Below are positions 20,019 through 26,875 of a stretch of DNA of 64,000 bases, piece by piece. The DNA lies in the IMG/VR virus record IMGVR_UViG_3300049489_000842, positions 1 to 64,000 of that record; one strand, given 5' to 3'. The stretch's first letter is position 1; the number at the start of each line of letters is the position of its first letter. The position numbers and the translations under genes were made by a program. Under the pieces are notes generated by a model. The model was not told the DNA's origin. It did no database searches and was given only the letters and a program-made list of their open reading frames with translations. The stretch is from a virus.

Positions 20019-20648
20019 TTATAAATTTCGTAACATTCTTATGAGTTTTGTATCTGGGTACAAACCAGTAAACTCATGATTAAAAGAGTTCTGTAAATAA
20101 AACCCGGCTATTCCTGTTAGTGCTTCAATAGACACATCCCATATAGCATCTTTATACCTAATTTCTATATTATACTCAAGTCTTAGCAAGGATAAGAGTT
20201 CTTGAAGAGAGTTGATCTGATCTTTAGTGTAAGATTCAAAGAATCTAAAACCTCTGTATGTAGAAATATTAGAAACCTTACCGGTAAACTCCTTACCATT
20301 ATCCTTACAGATAAAAGTAAACTTTCTTCCTTCACTCATAGCTCCGCAAGTTACAAAAGCTATACCTATAGAAGATTTAGAACAGTTTCTTGGAATTAGA
20401 GAGTACTTGTTCATAACGATATTGGTATCCATTAAATGATCTGACCAGAACTTATCCGGATACATAGAGTAAACAGTACCATCCCTGTCAATAATATAAG
20501 ATGGACTTACAGGTAAATCCTTTTCCCTGTATTTTTGTATAATATCCTGTATATCATCCCCGATTAAAGCTTGACTCAAAACAATCTGGTTTTTAAATGA
20601 TTCCTGATGGATATACTTATCAAAATTTTCTACTTGTTCAATTATCAT
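20019..20648 (-). CDS. N-acetylmuramoyl-L-alanine amidase-like (Amidase_2 fold), catalytic residues apparently lost
   Basis: YIIDRDG.V, W..HL, SIGI and YT.DQI.SL..LL scaffold retained; IVLSQA replaces IVLHHT, SIGIA replaces SIGIE, LQNS replaces THxS. Confidence 0.7.
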   Translation of the reverse strand: MIIEQVENFDKYIHQESFKNQIVLSQALIGDDIQDIIQKYREKDLPVSPSYIIDRDGTVYSMYPDKFWSDHLMDTNIVMNKYSLIPRNCSKSSIGIAFVTCGAMSEGRKFTFICKDNGKEFTGKVSNISTYRGFRFFESYTKDQINSLQELLSLLRLEYNIEIRYKDAIWDVSIEALTGIAGFYLQNSFNHEFTGLYPDTKLIRMLRNL

Positions 20649-20666
20649 ATAATAGTTTTTATAGGT

Positions 20667-21239
20667 TTAAAATTTATCTGGGTACACAATTTTAGCGTGC
20701 CACACATCACTATGTACCTTCCTTACCTTCAAATCTCCTTGCCATACAATAAAAGGATTCAACTCTATACTCCCTCTGGATCCTAAAATTAATCCATTCT
20801 TCTTTAATTTCTTAAGTATAACAGACAAGTACCCTTTAGTGAGTCCAAGATAATCTAAAATATAAGCTCTTCTATCACTATCAAAAGTAATTGTACTTTT
20901 GTTATACTCCATAAATTTAACCAGTATAAAAAATACTTTAAACTCTGTAGCTGTATCCAGATACTTTAACAAAGATACAGAATCAATATCTAGAAATACA
21001 AACCTACTATTAATAGTATCCTGATTTGGTTCCTCTATAGACTCTTTACTCCTTTTAACGTCTCTTTCCCTTCCTTTAAGGAAAGCCACATATTTCTTTT
21101 TATCCTTATCAGATAATTCCTGATACCATTCCAGATTCTGTACAGAACTCTCGGTATCCGACTCACCGGAAACAACCATCCCAGTGACTACATCAATCAC
21201 AGCATCCTTATAAAAAATATACCCACTCTCCTTTTCCAT
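20667..21239 (-). CDS. RepL-like HTH replication initiator/DNA-binding protein
   Basis: EFKVFF.LV.FM.YN...I...R..I...LGL......ILK.LKK.GLI...RG...LNP.IVWQG, matching the RepL family known from crAss-like phages. Confidence 0.7.
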   Translation of the reverse strand: MEKESGYIFYKDAVIDVVTGMVVSGESDTESSVQNLEWYQELSDKDKKKYVAFLKGRERDVKRSKESIEEPNQDTINSRFVFLDIDSVSLLKYLDTATEFKVFFILVKFMEYNKSTITFDSDRRAYILDYLGLTKGYLSVILKKLKKNGLILGSRGSIELNPFIVWQGDLKVRKVHSDVWHAKIVYPDKF

Positions 21240-21240
21240 A

Positions 21241-21507
21241 CTAATTATAGTAAGTTACCTTTAACCCAAACCATAGAAACATCAATTGTTTGTGTCTCAA
21301 GGTAAGATATACACTCAATCCTCCATCAGGATTTATCTGCCTATTCCTGACTGCCCAATAAGTACTATAATAAAACCCAAACAATTTAAAAATAAAAGGT
21401 AAAAACAAATGCCTTATATCAGATGGACTTCTATGGTAGAAAAACCCATTTGTATATTCGAAGATTTTTACCTTCTTAAACCTATCCTCAAACTCTTGTG
21501 ATACCAT
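21241..21507 (-). CDS. Hypothetical protein, first gene of the minus-strand operon
   Basis: 88-aa ORF abutting the RepL-like gene, downstream of a -7 motif. Confidence 0.55.
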   Translation of the reverse strand: MVSQEFEDRFKKVKIFEYTNGFFYHRSPSDIRHLFLPFIFKLFGFYYSTYWAVRNRQINPDGGLSVYLTLRHKQLMFLWFGLKVTYYN

Positions 21508-21585
21508 ATCTTCAGTTATTATTATTAGTAACGTAATACATCTAAATTTCTAACGTGGTCATACGCCTCCGTTATGTTTTCTGTA

Positions 21586-21593
21586 CAAATATA
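21586..21593 (-). promoter_or_regulatory. Bacteroidota-type -7 element TATATTTG heading the late operon
   Basis: Plus strand caaatata; lies just upstream of the first minus-strand ORF. Confidence 0.6.
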
Positions 21594-21600
21594 CGAAAAG

Positions 21601-21820
21601 TTATTCTAATAGAGTAATTCGACCCTCATTTTATTCTCCCAGAATAACAAAAAATGTATGAGGTGTGTATGGGTTTTATTCTCCCAGAATAACTTTTCCT
21701 TTCCTTAAAATAAAAAGATGGAGTTCCATACGTGTTAACCGAGTATGGGTTTTTAAGAGTTATTCTCCCAGAGTACCTGAGTTATTCTGGTAGAGTACTT
21801 GAGTTATTCTCCCAGACACA
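21601..21820. repeat. Six palindromic sites TTATTCT-N3-AGA(A/G)TA; candidate iterons/operators
   Basis: Copies start at 21601, 21631, 21676, 21760, 21782 and 21804. The last three have exact 22-bp spacing; the last copy has a degenerate right arm. Confidence 0.85.
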
Positions 21821-22248
21821 TAACGGCCATTTCAAACCCAGTCGTATCAAGGGAAACACATATCTTATCTTTAATAAGGAGATTTTTTCTTTCTTTTTCC
21901 GGGGGAGGAAAGGTAGGGAGAGAGAGGTAGGGTAGGTAGGTAAGATACTACTCCCCCACCACATATTTTTTATGGCCCAGTCCTTTCACATAGAAAGGCA
22001 TAGGGGTACTTACTTACATCCCCCCCCCTAAACCAGTTGTGTATTAGAGTTCCATTTCTATCCCGAAGGGGGCACCCCTTCGGGTACTCGACATCTGGGT
22101 ATCCCCCGGCATTGAACCTCGTGGTTCCTATTGCTGTTTGGGTATGCTTCAAATGTTACGAAGAGACAACTTCGTTCCCACCTTGAGGAGAACCAAATTC
22201 GCGAAACCCGAAAAGCGTAAGAGTAGGGACATCAAATACAGAGATACT

Positions 22249-22734
22249 ATGGAAAATACTTCTAAATCCATGACGCTTCAAGTTCGTTCAATTGGTTACA
22301 GTGCTAAACGTAATCGTATAGTTTTCAATTTCTCTAACCCTGAAACAGCTGGTTTAGCACATGGCGTGCCAGCAGAATGGTTCGGTAAGAAACTTGCCAA
22401 CTTCGGAATGTTTGACATTACCGCTGCGCATTTAGAGTTGTTAGTGGAATTGAACGGTGTAACCGCGCATTGTAATGGTGTATCTATCATACCAGCAGGT
22501 TCGATGCTGGAAGGTAGGGACGAACCTACAAAGCAGGACAATCTGGACGTGGTTGACTTTGACTTCCAAGTCAAAGTGTTACCAAAGCTTCAGATTAAAA
22601 AGGAACTTACTCCGGAAGTGCTTAAAGGAATGCCTGTACTGTTTAAATCTTCTGTAACCGAAGCCGAAAAGGCTGAGGTTGCTAAACCAACAGTTGCAAC
22701 TATTGCAGCAGGAATATCTGAAGACGAGGAGTAA
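22249..22734 (+). CDS. First plus-strand (early) gene; beta-rich with acidic tail (possible ssDNA-binding protein)
   Basis: Likely start MENTSK at 22249, ends ISEDEE, followed by a strong hairpin. Confidence 0.6.
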   Translation: MENTSKSMTLQVRSIGYSAKRNRIVFNFSNPETAGLAHGVPAEWFGKKLANFGMFDITAAHLELLVELNGVTAHCNGVSIIPAGSMLEGRDEPTKQDNLDVVDFDFQVKVLPKLQIKKELTPEVLKGMPVLFKSSVTEAEKAEVAKPTVATIAAGISEDEE

Positions 22735-22748
22735 TCCTCTCTTCAGGA

Positions 22749-22788
22749 CCCTTCGGGAGGCCTTGTGCCTTCCGAGGGGATTCCTTTT
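22749..22788 (+). terminator. GC-rich hairpin/terminator
   Basis: CCCTTCGGGAGGC-CTTGT-GCCTTCCGAGGGG followed by attcctttt. Confidence 0.65.
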
Positions 22789-22800
22789 CAAATGTATACC

Positions 22801-23470
22801 TTAGGGGGCTGGAAGTGAGTGATAGCAAGGGCTGTAGCCTTCGCTAACAATCAACTCACTTCTAGCTCCCTTAATCATAACATAGTCCTAACGAAGACTA
22901 AACTTACCTACTCTCTGGTTTACAGAGGGTTGAGGGAGTTATAGCATGACTCGTTAGGACTTTCCTCTCCTTATCCTACAGAGAGAAACACTTGCTTATA
23001 GCTTTAGGCGTAGATGCAAGGTGAGTAGCACATTGAGGCTACAGTAGGGTTATGTGGCTATTTATAGCTACATTGGCAATTGTCTAAAAGGGGGATTCTC
23101 CTTTTAGATAATATACCTTGATAGAAACAAGCAGTAAAAAGATAGTACATACTGCAGGTTACAGTTCCTTCGGGGATAGTCGGTGTTGTCCGATGAAAGG
23201 TGATAACACCTGTAGCTGCTTGTTTCTTTACTAATGCACCACAACTCACTTCCCAAGGGTGAGCAGTTGTAATACCTGAAAAGGTAACAATAAAAAGGAA
23301 AGTAGGAAAAGTATAAGGCAATACCATTACAAGAGTATGTAAGAACCTTGTTGAAGTATCTTTCTTATTACAACTGAGTGCAGAGGGGTATAGAAAGCAG
23401 AGCACTCCTCGCTATAACGAGGTCGTACAGCCAGGTTTCAGTCTGGCCGGGGAGTGTTGCTTTCTTTTTT
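22801..23470 (+). ncRNA. Large structured non-coding RNA region (~670 nt), unassigned
   Basis: At least ten consecutive stems whose imperfect pairs are G-U on the plus strand. No credible ORF. Ends in a long stem plus U-tract. Confidence 0.6.
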
Positions 23471-23496
23471 AAATTGTAAACTCTTAAAAACACTAT

Positions 23497-23697
23497 ATGC
23501 GTAAAAGGATTAAGAACAATGTGAAGGCTCAGTTAGTGGCCTCTACTGTAGTTGGAAAGGAATATTACCTTTCCAAACTAAGAAATTTCAAGGAAGCTAT
23601 ACTTCCTGAGAAAACACGTGCCCATAAATTGGGCATGAATATATCTGGGTTAAAAAACTACGACGAGAGTCGTAGTGTAGGCCCAGGTACATTATGA
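23497..23697 (+). CDS. Small basic hypothetical protein
   Basis: 66 aa with an A-rich leader (aaactcttaaaaacactat). Confidence 0.55.
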   Translation: MRKRIKNNVKAQLVASTVVGKEYYLSKLRNFKEAILPEKTRAHKLGMNISGLKNYDESRSVGPGTL

Positions 23698-23832
23698 TTT
23701 AGAGTTTCCAAACCAGAGATAGTATCAAAGGGGAGGAAACTTATTACTTGCAGGTTTAACCTGTATGGCCACAGAGAACTCGAAAGGGTTGGTGCGAACA
23801 CTGATGCTTATGCATTAAGAAGAAACTCTAAA
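23698..23832 (+). ncRNA. Structured RNA element closed by an 11-bp stem
   Basis: TTTAGAGTTTC...GAAACTCTAAA encloses TGCAGG-TTTAA-CCTGTA and AACTC-GAAA-GGGTT hairpins. Confidence 0.5.
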
Positions 23833-23841
23833 AATATAAAA

Positions 23842-23967
23842 ATGAAAAAAGCAGTAAAACAAGAAGAAGCTGGTGCTTTGGCACTTGCAATGTTTTTAAT
23901 AACATCGTTTGTGACGGTGTTATTAATAATGGCTTTCACATTTGGGAGTAATCCCATAGGTGTTTAG
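23842..23967 (+). CDS. 41-aa single-TM peptide (below the ORF-track cutoff)
   Basis: MKKAVKQEEAGALALAMFLITSFVTVLLIMAFTFGSNPIGV* with an A-rich leader. Confidence 0.6.
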   Translation: MKKAVKQEEAGALALAMFLITSFVTVLLIMAFTFGSNPIGV

Positions 23968-24100
23968 ACTGATAAAACCAACAACCTGAAGCCGAATGGG
24001 GATAAGGGTGGTTGGTTAAGATAAAAACCGGATGCTAGTTATAACTGGACTTTTAGTAGAGTTTTTGTTATTGCCAACAGAGTTTTACCGGTTCTCAATT

Positions 24101-24136
24101 GAGGGGAGTCTACTTAGGTAGGCTCCTCTCTTTTTT
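24101..24136 (+). terminator. Intrinsic terminator
   Basis: GAGGGGAGTCTAC-TTAG-GTAGGCTCCTCTC-TTTTTT. Confidence 0.85.
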
Positions 24137-24258
24137 CTATTTTAATTTAAACAAATCCCCCTTAATCCTTACCAACGATTTTTGGTAGTGACATAAATGT
24201 CGTGACCAAATGTGAGGATAAGGGGGGAAATTACTAACAGCTAAAACAATAATAAAAG

Positions 24259-24672
24259 ATGAAAAACAGAAAAACGCTAGTGTTTATAGCTATTGTAGTA
24301 AGCTTAATCTGCTTGCTAATAGCTATTGAGTTTAAGGGGAGCTCACAAGAAAAACAAAAACCTTTAGAGGCTACACATTTGGTGTACAGCCTTAGAGCAC
24401 AAGAGGGACACATATACCAGTTTAAGAAAGACAATGACTTCAACTATTACATGGATGAAGGAGATGTCTATATGTATGGTTTATCTCATATCGACTCATT
24501 AGAGGAGGTAAGAGATTATGCTAATTACTACCACCTAACTTTTAAAGTAGAGGGTGTAGGCACTCTTGAAGACTGTAAAGCTATTGCAGGAGGTCTTTAT
24601 ATGGAGTATTATACTAGCGAGTACAAAGATAAGTACTCATGGCCAGTTCCACCCGGTAACTCTTTAAACTAA
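24259..24672 (+). CDS. Membrane-anchored URI/GIY-YIG-like protein, degenerate paralogue
   Basis: Basic N-terminus plus TM helix; YSLRA, GDVYMYG, VGTLEDC and PPGN align with the next ORF. Confidence 0.6.
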   Translation: MKNRKTLVFIAIVVSLICLLIAIEFKGSSQEKQKPLEATHLVYSLRAQEGHIYQFKKDNDFNYYMDEGDVYMYGLSHIDSLEEVRDYANYYHLTFKVEGVGTLEDCKAIAGGLYMEYYTSEYKDKYSWPVPPGNSLN

Positions 24673-24679
24673 ACATTTT

Positions 24680-25135
24680 ATGGCACAGAGACTAAGCAAC
24701 TCAGCAATAGCTACCTTATTAGTGGCTATAACAATGTTGTTATTTGCTATAACAACACTGCACTCTACAAGAGTGGCTGAAAAAGAGAGAGCAATAGGAA
24801 GGATATTAGAGGGGGAGGATGATCTAACCCCAGCAGTACAGTACTCCCTTAAGGCACTAACCTCAGGCATGTACCCTTGCTATGCAAAGGGTGGGCCATC
24901 AGAAGTGTACCTTGAAAGGGGAGATGTCTGGAAGTATGGCCAGACATGCAATCCAACTACCAGATATTCTGGTAGGTATCTTATAGAGAATCGTCTGTAT
25001 ATGGTGACAGAGTTTGTTGGAACCAAAACAGAATGTCTAATTATGGAAAAGGAGAAAATATTCTCCTATCCTATGCTGCCGGAAGGATTAAGGACTCATC
25101 TTACCAGGCCTCCTGGTAATAAAATAGATAACTGA
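24680..25135 (+). CDS. Membrane-anchored URI/GIY-YIG-like nuclease-fold protein
   Basis: N-terminal TM helix; YSLKA...GDVWKYGQT...RYS...MEKEKI..Y...RPPGNKI resembles URI-type polymorphic toxin tips. Confidence 0.6.
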   Translation: MAQRLSNSAIATLLVAITMLLFAITTLHSTRVAEKERAIGRILEGEDDLTPAVQYSLKALTSGMYPCYAKGGPSEVYLERGDVWKYGQTCNPTTRYSGRYLIENRLYMVTEFVGTKTECLIMEKEKIFSYPMLPEGLRTHLTRPPGNKIDN

Positions 25136-25422
25136 TGGTGATAGTTAATCCGGAACAAGAACATAGAATTATAGATTCTGATGTTCTTAAAGCAGTAATG
25201 AGTATAATAGCCAAGAAAAACATTATAATCATTACAGATTTCACAACAAATTCTAAGGGATTCCTTAAGAATTGTGAGACTGGAGAAATTAACCTGTTTG
25301 TCCCTAAAAATAACCAGGGACAATTGCTCTCAAATTGGGTAGAATTACTCAATATTATATCTTATGAGCTATCTTTGGGATTTAAACTAAACAAAAGTGG
25401 ACATATAGAATGGTTGACATGA
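25135..25422 (+). CDS. Hypothetical protein
   Basis: 95 aa, start overlaps the upstream stop. Confidence 0.55.
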   Translation: MVIVNPEQEHRIIDSDVLKAVMSIIAKKNIIIITDFTTNSKGFLKNCETGEINLFVPKNNQGQLLSNWVELLNIISYELSLGFKLNKSGHIEWLT

Positions 25423-25610
25423 GTTCAAACACAGAAAATATAGGGGAATATGAGGTTCTGAAATCCCAAGTCGGAATGAACGTTGGGATGTACTATGTTG
25501 GAAGGATGTACTTTCATGAAGGAGTATATCTACCTTACTCGGTGGATTCAGCATTCTTCATTACTAGGAATGCTGCTGAGGATTACTTTAATACTCATTT
25601 TAAGAAATAA
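25410..25610 (+). CDS. Small hypothetical protein
   Basis: 66 aa with a YYVGR...PYS.DS.FF.TR..AE motif, a recurring small phage protein type. Confidence 0.6.
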   Translation: MVDMSSNTENIGEYEVLKSQVGMNVGMYYVGRMYFHEGVYLPYSVDSAFFITRNAAEDYFNTHFKK

Positions 25611-25620
25611 CACTTAACTA

Positions 25621-26080
25621 TATAGACCGTGCAAGTGAAAAGGTTACTGGACGAATGCCCAGTGTTAGTTGAGTTTATAATAAAACTCTAGCTAAGAGTA
25701 TAACAAAGCCGCGAGGTAACTAAAGGATAAAAAGAATTAAATGCGTCGTGGCAGTGTGGCTCTGCCCTTTAGAAGTTTACCAAGCTGTAGGTGAGATTCC
25801 TACAGCTATTTTAACGGCGCAAAGCACGTAGTGTAGTCTGGAAACTGATCAACCAGAAAGGTACTATTCGATTAGTATTGCGCCTCTATAAAGTCTCTCT
25901 GCTTAGGAAACAAGCATACATACCAGCGTAAACCTGGTAGCAATATCAACTAATTATGTAGATTTGGCAAATCAGCTTGTGGAGTAGGTTATAATAATAA
26001 AGAATAACAAGAAAGTAACATAAGAAACATGACTTGCTTTAATGTTATAATACTTTGCCAGGTACAGAGAGATTTTATTT
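25621..26080 (+). ncRNA. Structured non-coding region (~460 nt) including a T-loop hairpin, a tRNA-like cloverleaf and a ~185-nt closed domain
   Basis: AGCTGTAGG-TGAGATT-CCTACAGCT; GGCGCA...TGCGCC cloverleaf; AAGTCTCTCTG(25891)...CAGAGAGATTT(26075). Confidence 0.55.
25816..25888 (+). ncRNA. Degenerate tRNA-like element (not a canonical tRNA)
   Basis: Acceptor-like GGCGCA/TGCGCC, short D-like arm, TCTGG-11nt-CCAGA arm, TACTA-TTCGAT-TAGTA T-like arm, 3' TCTA instead of NCCA. Confidence 0.45.
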
Positions 26081-26099
26081 TTAATTTAAACTTAAAAAG

Positions 26100-26378
26100 A
26101 TGGGAGTAAATCAATTAAAGAAGTATGTAATATTACACTTAACTGATAATGGGTGGAAAGTAGAGATGCCACACTATGATCGTGTATATGTAAAAGATGG
26201 AAAAACCATTATAGTAGAACATAATCATGTAAATTTTTACTTTAGAGGGTATTACTTCGGTAAGTGTGATCACACTAATTTATTAACAGATTGTCATGCA
26301 TTTATAAGATACTTTGTTGAGGGAGATAACATGGAACAGAAACCACAAGATCCTCTTAGTATCTTTGATTCATTATAA
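26100..26378 (+). CDS. Hypothetical protein
   Basis: 92 aa with an A-rich leader. Confidence 0.65.
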   Translation: MGVNQLKKYVILHLTDNGWKVEMPHYDRVYVKDGKTIIVEHNHVNFYFRGYYFGKCDHTNLLTDCHAFIRYFVEGDNMEQKPQDPLSIFDSL

Positions 26379-26640
26379 GGCTACGGCCTAGGCTAGAGAA
26401 AAGACAGCCTGCAGCACCTGAGAAGGACTGCGAAATATCGTCAGTAATGGCGGACATGTTATTGCCTTGAGAAAGCAAGCCGAAATAGGATTATATTGTA
26501 GTGAAAGACACTAGGGTATCCATAACATGAACTCGTTCTCGGCATAAAGAATTCCTCTCTTTAGTGTGAAGGATAACTTTAGAGATATGAACTGCTGGTA
26601 TACCAGAATCAGTCCTGTCTTTGACCCTGAGTAATCAGGG
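26378..26640 (+). ncRNA. Multi-domain structured RNA (~260 nt) rich in T-loop and GNRA motifs, unassigned
   Basis: UACG tetraloop hairpin; closing stem AAAGACAG(26400)/CTGTCTTT(26622); nested CATGTTAT/ATAACATG; two TGAGAA and two CGAAATA motifs; two GTAA-capped stems. Confidence 0.65.
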
Positions 26641-26663
26641 TGCTAAAACTAAAACTCTTAAAA

Positions 26664-26873
26664 ATGAAAGTAACAGTTAAACATTGTTTTACAGGAGAAT
26701 TTAACTCTTTAGAATTGGATATAACCCCAGAACAAGCAGAAAGAATCCTCAAAAATGAGGAAAAATTACAAGATATAGTTCCTCACTTATCTGCTGATGA
26801 AAGAGAATTTCTTATAACAGGAATGCTGCCTGGCGAGTTTGATGCTTTATTAGATTGTTCTGACGAATACTGA
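26664..26873 (+). CDS. Small conserved phage protein
   Basis: LQDIVPHLSADEREFLITG...EFD motif, widespread in phages; likely start 26664. Confidence 0.7.
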   Translation: MKVTVKHCFTGEFNSLELDITPEQAERILKNEEKLQDIVPHLSADEREFLITGMLPGEFDALLDCSDEY

Positions 26874-26875
26874 TT

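Noticed and set aside
21601-21820. CRISPR or mini-CRISPR array
   Set aside because: Repeats are 17-bp palindromes with irregular gaps of 5-67 nt, there are no spacer-sized unique units, and no cas genes.
21732-22152. ORFs 21732-21935, 21782-21964 and 21970-22152 (and 23058-23405)
   Set aside because: They overlap repeats or RNA stems, have weak starts and low-complexity translations; likely spurious.
23402-23455. HDV-like/theta ribozyme, suggested by TCCTCGCT matching the HDV L3 loop
   Set aside because: The flanks (CAC/ATA) cannot form P3 and I could not build the nested double pseudoknot.
25816-25888. Functional decoding tRNA
   Set aside because: 11-nt anticodon-position loop, D arm lacking GG, atypical T arm and no CCA; kept only as tRNA-like.
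26378-26640. TPP or cobalamin riboswitch, suggested by CTGAGA
   Set aside because: The remaining conserved cores and stem order of those riboswitches are missing.
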